Of a DNA stretch of 64,000 nucleotides, positions 56,505 to 64,000 are shown one piece after another. The notes under the pieces are model-generated. The model saw only the letters and a program-made list of their open reading frames with translations. It was not told the DNA's origin and did no database searches. Position numbers and translations under genes: made by a program. The stretch comes from a virus, in the IMG/VR virus record IMGVR_UViG_3300008255_000099, positions 119,412-183,411 of that record; one strand, 5' to 3'. Within the stretch, counting starts at the first letter, position 1. Each line of letters starts with the position of its first letter.

Positions 56505-56547
56505 AAGATCCGAGACTAGGGAATCAAATTCCCTAGTCTCGGATCTT
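56505..56547 (+). terminator. 20-bp perfect hairpin after Ubl (attenuator, stabiliser or processing site)
   Basis: AAGATCCGAGACTAGGGAAT-CAA-ATTCCCTAGTCTCGGATCTT; no clear U-tract. Confidence 0.7.
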
Positions 56548-56579
56548 ATGCTCTAAATTCTAGTTCGAATGAGGGCAAT

Positions 56580-57806
56580 ATGTCTCAAGAAACACTGAGG
56601 GAATTGTTTAAGTTTGCCAAACAAATAGAAACTCAATTTGTGCCCTCAAGAGGACGAATGCTACGATCAAATCTAGAAAATAATAATTTAAAGAATCAAA
56701 TTTCTAAACTTATTTTTATTCTCAATAGATTAGAAAATTGCTCTGAAAATAACATGGATCGTTCAATCAATGCTATGTTTGAATATGTCAGAAAAAATAA
56801 AATTATCGAAGATGTTCAACAAGGAGTTAATTTCTTAGCTTCTGTGAGAAACACGAGAGAAACATCTGATGATATTAGTAATCTTTCTCTAATCACAAAA
56901 GATTTGTATTATCTTAAGAGAGATTTTAATTGTGTTCGACTCTCTTTTCAGCCACTTTCGATTACCATCAGAACCGATCCCATTTTCTTGACTCATGCAA
57001 GTGTTAATCTTGGGAATCCAGTTGAGATTGGTGAGATTGACATTCAATTGTTTTTGACGGGGATCGAAGAATTTAGAATTAGAGCAAAGCCAGTTAGAGA
57101 TTCAACGAAGTTTTCATCCGAAAGATCTGGATCTGATAGATATTTCCATCCTCATATAAATATTGATGGTAGCATTTGTCTAGGAAACAATGGAGAAACA
57201 ATTAATTCAGCCATAAGACAATGTAGATTTTTAGATACATTCGAATTACTTTCCTTTTTGCTTAAAAACTATAACTCAGGAAGCCCATATCGTGTCCTGA
57301 ATTCATGGGTTATGCCAGAATGTCAATCCTGCGGAGACTCAACAAGATTAAAATGCTTTTTCACACATCAATATGTCTGTGAATCTTGTGCTATGATTGT
57401 CCTTTCTGAAAATGGTTGGCCCCAATTTGCGACACCTACATATTGGCAGCAACAACCCGCTTGCAAATGCTGTGGCCATAAATTGCAATTTGGTAGTTTA
57501 TGTCCCAGATGTGTAGAACTAAATATATATCTAATAAAAATAGCTGAAATTGAACAAGCACAAGAACGTGAAAAAGCAAAAATTGCTTCTTTTAAAATCT
57601 TATTCGAAAAATCAGAAGCAGACTTTGAACCAATTTCTGAAAGAATTTCTTCGCTTCATTTTGATCAAATTGAAGCAATCAATAGATCAAATCTGACATA
57701 TTTTAATTCAACCTACTCATATGAAGAAGCAAAAGAGATTGCAAAAAATAGCTTCAGATTTTCCTTCCCCGTAATGATAGAGCCTGAATTGGTAGGACAA
57801 ACCTAA
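56580..57806 (+). CDS. prokaryotic E2/UBC-like conjugating enzyme fused to a Cys-rich zinc-finger region
   Basis: FHPHINIDGSICLG (Cys200) E2 signature followed by YNSGSPY; then CQSC, CESC, CKCC, CPRC; helical N-terminus. Confidence 0.82.
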   Translation: MSQETLRELFKFAKQIETQFVPSRGRMLRSNLENNNLKNQISKLIFILNRLENCSENNMDRSINAMFEYVRKNKIIEDVQQGVNFLASVRNTRETSDDISNLSLITKDLYYLKRDFNCVRLSFQPLSITIRTDPIFLTHASVNLGNPVEIGEIDIQLFLTGIEEFRIRAKPVRDSTKFSSERSGSDRYFHPHINIDGSICLGNNGETINSAIRQCRFLDTFELLSFLLKNYNSGSPYRVLNSWVMPECQSCGDSTRLKCFFTHQYVCESCAMIVLSENGWPQFATPTYWQQQPACKCCGHKLQFGSLCPRCVELNIYLIKIAEIEQAQEREKAKIASFKILFEKSEADFEPISERISSLHFDQIEAINRSNLTYFNSTYSYEEAKEIAKNSFRFSFPVMIEPELVGQT

Positions 57807-57844
57807 AAATAGGTTGTTTCAAAACCATGACAACTGGAGAAAAG

Positions 57845-58918
57845 ATGATGCCAGACTCAGACAAAGAAGAGTTGTTCGGTGCCGACGGGGTTCAAAAAAC
57901 CACAACCTATACAGCCGGCAATTTTAATTCTAGTGTGAATTCACATAGAGTATTTTTCAAAGGAATTGGGTGGCTTACTGTCTATTCTAAAAGCAATAAA
58001 AACAAAACAACTGTTAATTTGAACCCGACAACAACGACAACAAAGAAATCAGAACCATTAAAAATCGTGCGAAAAAACTTAATGTTTTCTGGGTCTGCAA
58101 TGGCTAAGTTGTTGTGGTGTCGTGATAAAGGCGGCACAGAAATAGCCGGCTTCGGCATCTCGTCAAAAGAAGATCCGCTTTACATCAAAGAATTTTGCCT
58201 AGTTAAACAAGACGCCTCCGTTGCCTACGTTGAAATGGACGACGACGGCCTTGTAGAATTTATTGAAAAAATGGACGACAGAGGATTAGACCCCTGTGAA
58301 TACCTGAGAATTTGGATTCACACTCACCCCGGATCTAGCCCGTCGCCATCTGGAAAAGACGAAGAAACATTTAGAACAGAATTTTCTAACTGCAACTGGT
58401 CAGTTATGGCAATCCTTGCCAGAGGCAACCAGTTCTATGCTAGAATCAAAATGAACGAAATTAATTTCGCCGTAGATATCGAACATGAAGTTAATTGGTC
58501 TGATATGAAAAGTGAACTTCTGGATGTCACAGCTTGGGAAACAGAATTTGAAGAATGCGTTAAAACTACAAGTTATTCACATTCATATTATCAAGGAATG
58601 GGCGTGGGAAATAATAATGGTTGGGAAGACTATGATGGATTTGAAACCATGGTTTCAAATCCATCATATTCATATCGCCACTCAAACGTGAATCAGGGAC
58701 AAGGACAAACGAATGTCAGCAGAAACCAAGCCGACTATGGATATGGAAGTGCCCAACGATCCAGTGTTATTATCAGCCCGAACCAGCAGGTACAAGGAAA
58801 TAATACCGCTGGATTCGTTGACGACAATGAACCTAATGATCGTGGGAACGGGGGCAATTGGGAGACAGGTGGCGCTGCTGATGGCAGCTATGGGCCTGCC
58901 CCAAATGGTGCTGATTGA
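57845..58918 (+). CDS. JAB/MPN+ (JAMM) metalloisopeptidase
   Basis: TEIAGFG; IWIHTHPGSSPSPSGKDEETF fits HxH-x7-S-x2-D; ATG 57845 has a GGAGA RBS (alternative start 57827). Confidence 0.9.
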   Translation: MMPDSDKEELFGADGVQKTTTYTAGNFNSSVNSHRVFFKGIGWLTVYSKSNKNKTTVNLNPTTTTTKKSEPLKIVRKNLMFSGSAMAKLLWCRDKGGTEIAGFGISSKEDPLYIKEFCLVKQDASVAYVEMDDDGLVEFIEKMDDRGLDPCEYLRIWIHTHPGSSPSPSGKDEETFRTEFSNCNWSVMAILARGNQFYARIKMNEINFAVDIEHEVNWSDMKSELLDVTAWETEFEECVKTTSYSHSYYQGMGVGNNNGWEDYDGFETMVSNPSYSYRHSNVNQGQGQTNVSRNQADYGYGSAQRSSVIISPNQQVQGNNTAGFVDDNEPNDRGNGGNWETGGAADGSYGPAPNGAD

Positions 58919-59462
58919 TTTCGATAAGGTCGAAGCTGAAAACCTTGGCCCACAAGGTTTTCGGCCCGACCAAATCGGCCAATTCAAAACAGAATGCTTG
59001 CTGGAAGATTGCCAGAGAATCAACCCGGAAGCGAATTTTACCGCTGTCACAGATAAATTCCGGGCGAAATTTCTTCTGGATTTTAAACCAACAGCAATCA
59101 TTTCATGTGTCGATTCAATGAGAATTAGAGCAATGATTTGGGAAAATATCAGAATGTTGGATTGTTTGTTTATTGATACCAGAATGTCATCAGAAACTTG
59201 TGAAATTTATTCGTCAGAAGCTCCGCATAGTGGTTACTATGAAACCACCCTTTTTGAAGACGCAGAAGCATACCAAGGATCCTGCACAGCGAAAAGCACA
59301 ATCTATTGTGCCAATATCGCAGCCGGTCTGGCCGTTTCTCTGCTCTCCAAAGCAATGAGGGGCATCTCACTTGAACCAAAACTTTCATTGAACATTCTTG
59401 GCTCTGAATTAGAAGCAATTTTCATGGAACCAGAAACACAAGAAGAACGACCAGAAGAATAA
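58713..59462 (+). CDS. ThiF/MoeB/E1-like adenylyltransferase
   Basis: IVGTGAIGRQ; LIDFDKVEAENLGPQ; KTEC; ISCVDS; IDTRM; GSCTAKSTIYCANIAAG. Confidence 0.92.
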   Translation: MSAETKPTMDMEVPNDPVLLSARTSRYKEIIPLDSLTTMNLMIVGTGAIGRQVALLMAAMGLPQMVLIDFDKVEAENLGPQGFRPDQIGQFKTECLLEDCQRINPEANFTAVTDKFRAKFLLDFKPTAIISCVDSMRIRAMIWENIRMLDCLFIDTRMSSETCEIYSSEAPHSGYYETTLFEDAEAYQGSCTAKSTIYCANIAAGLAVSLLSKAMRGISLEPKLSLNILGSELEAIFMEPETQEERPEE

Positions 59463-59475
59463 ATCAAACCAAAAA

Positions 59476-59517
59476 CCAAACGGGGCAGGCCAACCACCTC
59501 TGGCCTGCCCCGTTTGG
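59476..59517. terminator. intrinsic terminator closing the Ubl operon
   Basis: 17-bp perfect stem CCAAACGGGGCAGGCCA/TGGCCTGCCCCGTTTGG between convergent genes. Confidence 0.82.
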
Positions 59518-59530
59518 CCAATTGGATCAA

Positions 59531-59902
59531 TCAATTAATCAAAGCCGCCAACAAATCTGTTGAAGTGCTAATCTTTTCATCAATTAAATCAACTAAATAA
59601 TCTTCCTCACCAAAAAAAGAACTATCTAAATGATCTATCCCACCAGTCGCAACTAAAATCAACCCCAACTCATTCTGAATAACCTCAACACTATCCAAAA
59701 TCCTCATCGCTAAAACACCCTTCTGCTTGTTATCAAAAACTTCTACAGGATCTATATTCAAATCATCATGAATATCTTTTATCTTATTGGAAATCCTTTT
59801 CAACCTCTCAGATATCTCATTCTTTATAATTCTTCTGTCTAATTCTAAAATTTCACTTAACTTGTCGATTACATTCTCTATCTCTCTCGGTGATGTTGAC
59901 AT
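59531..59902 (-). CDS. hypothetical protein
   Basis: 123 aa, AAGGAGG RBS. Confidence 0.75.
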   Translation of the reverse strand: MSTSPREIENVIDKLSEILELDRRIIKNEISERLKRISNKIKDIHDDLNIDPVEVFDNKQKGVLAMRILDSVEVIQNELGLILVATGGIDHLDSSFFGEEDYLVDLIDEKISTSTDLLAALIN

Positions 59903-60127
59903 CTCATCCTCCTTTTTTTAATTATATAAAAAACAGGAATCTTTTCAACAAGAAGAAAAAAATGTGGTTCAAACTTGCAAAAAGAATTTTGACAAAAAAA
60001 CACTCTTCGGAGATAACTGGTCAATTAACGCAATCTGGGGCATGATTTAAAATACCTCTCAACTTTATCATAAATATCTTCGACTAGCTTCACAAATTGA
60101 TTTCGAAACAGAAGATCCTGAAGAAAC

Positions 60128-60283
60128 CTAATCCTCTAAAATTTTCTTCGCAACCCTCTTCATCAAACGATCAACTTGATTGGCAATCTTTGCAAGATCT
60201 GTGTCTTTCTTCTCAACCGCCTCTTGCTCAAGTTCGTCAGCAACTTCTAACATCTTCTCTAAAATAAAACTAATTCTCTTCAT
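60128..60283 (-). CDS. small helical protein
   Basis: Likely start MKRISF at 60283 (AAGGAGA RBS); VADELEQ...IANQVDRLMKRVA. Confidence 0.65.
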   Translation of the reverse strand: MKRISFILEKMLEVADELEQEAVEKKDTDLAKIANQVDRLMKRVAKKILED

Positions 60284-62810
60284 TTTCTTCTCCTTCTTGC
60301 CCCCAAAACTGTGACCAATCATCAAATTCTGGCTCTTCCTCCGGCTCCGGGGTTGAGTATCGGCCTTGACCTAAGAATTTCTCTCTTTGCTTCGCTAATT
60401 CCTCCGGGTCTTCAAAATCTTGGTCGTAAATCTCCCATTGAGTAAACCAAGCATCAACCCCAACCAATTGCTCTCGCAAATTTTTAGGCAAACTTTCAAG
60501 CAAACTTTCAGCCTCTGGAAGAATCGACACATTCCCACGGTTCGCTTCATAAATCCCCGCAACCTTTCGACGATCTTCACCAATTGATTCCCATAATAAA
60601 TCATACATTGTGGCAGCTTCTGAAATTAATAAATTGTGGAACCTATCCCCCAACTTCATCTTTTGCCCCAAAAATTGTTCGGCCCTTTGCTTCTTTTGAA
60701 GATCCTCCGGGGAAGCATCCGACTCCGAATGAGCAGAAATAAAATTGTTTGAAAACAATCTTTTAATCTTCTCCTGCAACTCAGGTGGGAATTTATTGAA
60801 AAACTCAACCAACCTTTTGTTCTTGGCAAACAGATCATCTTGATTGTTTTCAAGATAAATTGCATTTAAAAAAATTTGATTATTGAAAATTCCCTCAAAC
60901 ATCGTTTGCAATAAAGCTTTGTAAACATCAGGTAAATTAAAATCAATCTCTCCGCACCTGAACTTCAAAGAAACATGAGCATAATCCATCGGCTCACCAG
61001 CAAGAGGAACTGAAATTTCAAAATCAAGCTCTGAATTCAAAACCTCACGCAAAGGCTCTGTCGTAGCCAAAATTAAACCAAATTTTGAACTTTTCTCTAA
61101 AAATTCATCTCTGTGATCTTTTAAATAATTAGCAAAAACACTTCGAAACTCTGCAATAAATTGCCTCCGATCAAAAACTTCTAAAACTACTTTTTTGAAC
61201 ATTCGGCAAGTTGAGAACAACAAATCACGAATCCCCTCAGTCGTGAACATATTGTAACGCCGACTGTAATAATCATCCCCAATTTCTTCCGTAAAACCAA
61301 AAGTCGCTTGACCATTTTGATAATTCTGCATCAATGGAAAATATGTTAAAAACTGATTCACAGCATCAGAAAATTCACGAATCGGCAAATTGTGGTACAT
61401 CCCCTGAGAAATGTTGGTCGAAACCATTTCCTCTTTTGAAATCTGATTCGTGTTGAAAAGATATGCCAAAAAATGAACAAACGGTGTCACAAATAAACTC
61501 CTGACCAAAGTGAAATTAGTTGCAAAATCATCCCTGTTCGAAATGATCTCAACAATCTCACCCAAATTATTCGATCGGAAAGCCTGGGTCAACTCCAAAA
61601 CTTCCTGCACAGATTCCTCTTCATGATTGGCTAATGAACGATCCCCTAACCATAACCACTCTTCTCCCTCCTCCTCAAAAGGCCCCTGATAATTTTCAAA
61701 ATTTTCCAGGCGCTCCATCCAATCTTGAAAGTCTAACTTGTCAATGTTAAGCAAATCAAGAACCACCCGATTCAAATCAAACCCAAAACGATTAAAGAAA
61801 TTTTGACCATCTCCCTCTTGCCCCTCAACTTGAAAATCAACTTGACTGTCTGCAAACGGATTCTTCGGCCTCTGACCAGCAGGTAAATAGAAATTGATCG
61901 GACGATCCTTTAACTTTTGAGCTAATTCTTTCCCAAATAACCTGTCCTGAATCGGACCAAATAACCGCTCGAAAAGTTGACCAATCCAGCCCCGCCAACC
62001 AGCCGAAGAAACCAAGGGATGTTGACTTCTTCGCTCTGGCAATACCTCTTCACCAGGATGTAAAGGAATCCTCTGAGAACCTGAAGTGCCCATCTGGATA
62101 TCCTCAATTTCCTGTGCGAACGAATCAACCCGAGAACCATTCTCACGAGCCGGATCCAACATCAGCAAAGAACCACTTTCCGCAGCTTGAACCACAAACT
62201 CCGAAACCTCATTCGCCGCCGCTTGCAACATCCTCGATTGAACCTGTGGCAAACCAACTTCATCCCGCAACATCATCCAATGCTCAAGCAAAGGCTGCAA
62301 ACTCGGAGAACCATGCTTCGCAATCTCTGTCGGACCCAAAATGTCAACGCAATTCAACAAAAACTGAACCAAACCATCAAAAGCTAATCGCATCAAAACT
62401 AACGCTGGCTGCTGATTCATCGTCAATTTCGGAATCGAACCAATCGTGAACCCATCATCTGTTTCGTCAATCCAACCATCAACAGGACCACCCCAAAAAT
62501 TGTTCTGCCCCTCAAAATATCTGAAATAACCACCATAAGCAGAACGAAAAGCAACCCGCAACTCATCCTCGGGAACTAAACCATGCTCCCGCCAACTCTC
62601 AAGCAAATCAAGCTCTGTTAACAAAAAATGTCTCTCAATCTCTTCACCAACCGCATCAACCAAAGCAACCTGATCCGTCGTCAACCCACGCCAAGCTGCT
62701 AACTTCTTAAACTGTGCAAATTTGCTTAAAAAGAAATCAGCCTGAAAATGACTCCCGGCTTTCTCAAATTCATCAGAAATTTTTAAATGTCTTGAAAAAA
62801 TTCTCATCAC
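60270..62810 (-). CDS. large hypothetical protein (possible virion internal protein)
   Basis: 846 aa acidic protein; G-rich coding strand unlike the replication region; shares motifs with 47901..49727. Confidence 0.8.
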   Translation of the reverse strand: MMRIFSRHLKISDEFEKAGSHFQADFFLSKFAQFKKLAAWRGLTTDQVALVDAVGEEIERHFLLTELDLLESWREHGLVPEDELRVAFRSAYGGYFRYFEGQNNFWGGPVDGWIDETDDGFTIGSIPKLTMNQQPALVLMRLAFDGLVQFLLNCVDILGPTEIAKHGSPSLQPLLEHWMMLRDEVGLPQVQSRMLQAAANEVSEFVVQAAESGSLLMLDPARENGSRVDSFAQEIEDIQMGTSGSQRIPLHPGEEVLPERRSQHPLVSSAGWRGWIGQLFERLFGPIQDRLFGKELAQKLKDRPINFYLPAGQRPKNPFADSQVDFQVEGQEGDGQNFFNRFGFDLNRVVLDLLNIDKLDFQDWMERLENFENYQGPFEEEGEEWLWLGDRSLANHEEESVQEVLELTQAFRSNNLGEIVEIISNRDDFATNFTLVRSLFVTPFVHFLAYLFNTNQISKEEMVSTNISQGMYHNLPIREFSDAVNQFLTYFPLMQNYQNGQATFGFTEEIGDDYYSRRYNMFTTEGIRDLLFSTCRMFKKVVLEVFDRRQFIAEFRSVFANYLKDHRDEFLEKSSKFGLILATTEPLREVLNSELDFEISVPLAGEPMDYAHVSLKFRCGEIDFNLPDVYKALLQTMFEGIFNNQIFLNAIYLENNQDDLFAKNKRLVEFFNKFPPELQEKIKRLFSNNFISAHSESDASPEDLQKKQRAEQFLGQKMKLGDRFHNLLISEAATMYDLLWESIGEDRRKVAGIYEANRGNVSILPEAESLLESLPKNLREQLVGVDAWFTQWEIYDQDFEDPEELAKQREKFLGQGRYSTPEPEEEPEFDDWSQFWGQEGEENEEN

Positions 62811-62944
62811 AATTGCTTCTTCGAGATGAATTAATCAAAAACCTGCACACAATTTAACCAAAATTCCACCACCCTCTAACTCCGAATCTGAGGTAGAATA
62901 GAGCTAGACAGAACTAGCAACCAAATCAGCTTGGGTTTAAAAAA

Positions 62945-63775
62945 ATGCCATCTAGAAATTTTCGGGATTTTCGGGATTTTCGGGATTTTCGGGATTTTCT
63001 GTATTCGCAAGTTGTTCGTGAATTTGCTGAATCATTAAGAACAGAAAGAGCCAACGCAAACGCCAAGGAAAGAGCAGAAAGAGAAGAAATGAGCAACATC
63101 CAAAAACTTTATTTCGCAGAATTCAAAGTCGATATCCCTTCCCTGGATAACGAATCGTTCACCCTCGTGTGGGCCGCTGGATCAACAATCCGAGATTCAG
63201 TTAATAAATTGAAAATCGCTATCAAAAAAAATGAAAATAAACTGGTTGATATCATCAATAAAATGAAAGATATCTTCCCAGGAAGCTTGGCTCTCAGGAA
63301 TCAATTAAGTAACATTTTCTATGATTTGGGATACAATCGATTGGAAACCCTGGAAGACGCTAATAAATTCTGTGGGCCATTCTCAATCTGGTGCTCTGAA
63401 TTTGAACTCGACATGGATCTTCCAACAAGATATAATGACTTTCGCCTCATGTTAAATGGCGTCGAACCAGATACCAATGACCCACTATCAAACGAATTTG
63501 ACGGTGGCTTTCAAGATGTTGATGTTGATGTTGATGTTGATGAAGAACCTGCCGAATTTGACGGTGGCTTTGAAGATGAAGATGATGTTGTCGGTGGCTC
63601 TCAAGATGAACCTGTCGTTGAAGAACCTGCCGAAGATGTTGTCGGTGGCTCTCAAGATGAAGATGTTGAACCTGTTGTTGAAGAACCTGTTTTTGAAGCA
63701 CCCACACAACTTCATTGGGTCCAACAAGATCTAGATAGCCAAACCGGGTTTGTTGAAGTCGTGTTAGATCCGTAA
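62945..63775 (+). CDS. hypothetical protein with acidic repeat C-terminus
   Basis: EFDGGF x2, DV x4, DVVGGSQDE x2, PVVEEP x2; alternative start at ATG 63089. Confidence 0.75.
   Translation: MPSRNFRDFRDFRDFRDFLYSQVVREFAESLRTERANANAKERAEREEMSNIQKLYFAEFKVDIPSLDNESFTLVWAAGSTIRDSVNKLKIAIKKNENKLVDIINKMKDIFPGSLALRNQLSNIFYDLGYNRLETLEDANKFCGPFSIWCSEFELDMDLPTRYNDFRLMLNGVEPDTNDPLSNEFDGGFQDVDVDVDVDEEPAEFDGGFEDEDDVVGGSQDEPVVEEPAEDVVGGSQDEDVEPVVEEPVFEAPTQLHWVQQDLDSQTGFVEVVLDP
62959..62999. repeat. 9-bp tandem repeat x4.5
   Basis: TTTTCGGGA repeated; reads FRD x4 if translated. Confidence 0.92.
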
Positions 63776-63788
63776 ACTGTTTGAAAAT

Positions 63789-64000
63789 TTACCCAAATTT
63801 CTCTTTGAGCATCTCAAAACAAACGAACGATAACCCACCTTCACGCACCAAAGAAACTGAAACAAAATTCAACTCTGGCAAGGAAGCCCCAGGCCCCCCG
63901 GCCCCGAGAATCCCAACATTTGCCCCCGCAACTGAAAACCTCGGCGACGTGGCTGCAATCTGCCGAGCATCAACACCTCCTTCCCACATTCCCACATTCC
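63789..64000 (-). CDS. possible 3' end of a gene entering from beyond the window
   Basis: Frame is open to the window edge, Gly-rich; no family recognised. Confidence 0.3.
   Translation of the reverse strand, partial: NVGMWEGGVDARQIAATSPRFSVAGANVGILGAGGPGASLPELNFVSVSLVREGGLSFVCFEMLKEKFG

Noticed and set aside
56269-59462. Thiamine or molybdopterin sulfur-carrier pathway
   Set aside because: No thiG, moaE or cysteine desulfurase nearby, E1 lacks a rhodanese domain, and an E2-like gene points to conjugation rather than sulfur transfer
59940-60131. Plus-strand mini-ORF MWFKLAK... and downstream fragments
   Set aside because: Needs both a frameshift and a stop bypass to form a gene; weak RBS
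62959-62999. Short tandem repeats (also 47740-47769, 56147-56182) as CRISPR arrays
   Set aside because: Units are 8-10 bp and contiguous, with no unique spacers
1-64000. Genome-wide stop-codon reassignment
   Set aside because: Long conserved genes are uninterrupted in code 11, and TAA, TAG and TGA all terminate genes at the expected ends

Overview
AT-rich, gene-dense 64 kb segment that is most likely part of a large (jumbo-type) dsDNA bacteriophage genome. It has no ribosomal or other cellular housekeeping operons, many short orphan ORFs, phage-style divergent replication genes and five inteins; no clear capsid or tail genes fall in this window. It reads in the standard code 11. Modules in order: (1) class II ribonucleotide reductase NrdJ with two inteins; (2) a PrkA/YeaG-YeaH-SpoVR/YcgB operon with inteins in YeaH and SpoVR, followed by a SpoVS-like gene; (3) a long minus-strand replication/recombination region with a sigma-like factor carrying C2H2 fingers, a Cas4-like nuclease, split DnaG, RecA, gp32-like SSB, DnaE with an intein, UDG, DnaB, a DnaC-like loader, split SbcC and SbcD, plus Ycf46-like AAA ATPase, DUF1257 and DUF2997 genes; (4) an RNA-repair-like region (HD protein, Rnl1-like ligase, TROVE/Ro60 protein, DRB0094-type ligase) and a heptose kinase; (5) a complete four-gene ubiquitin-like conjugation operon (Ubl, E2-Zn finger, JAB, E1) with a divergent candidate small RNA upstream; (6) large orphan proteins that share an N-terminal leader motif. 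The strongest candidate for an undescribed system is the phage-borne Ubl/E1/E2/JAB pathway, possibly working with the Ycf46-like ATPase. All family calls come from motif recognition by eye; no database search was run.
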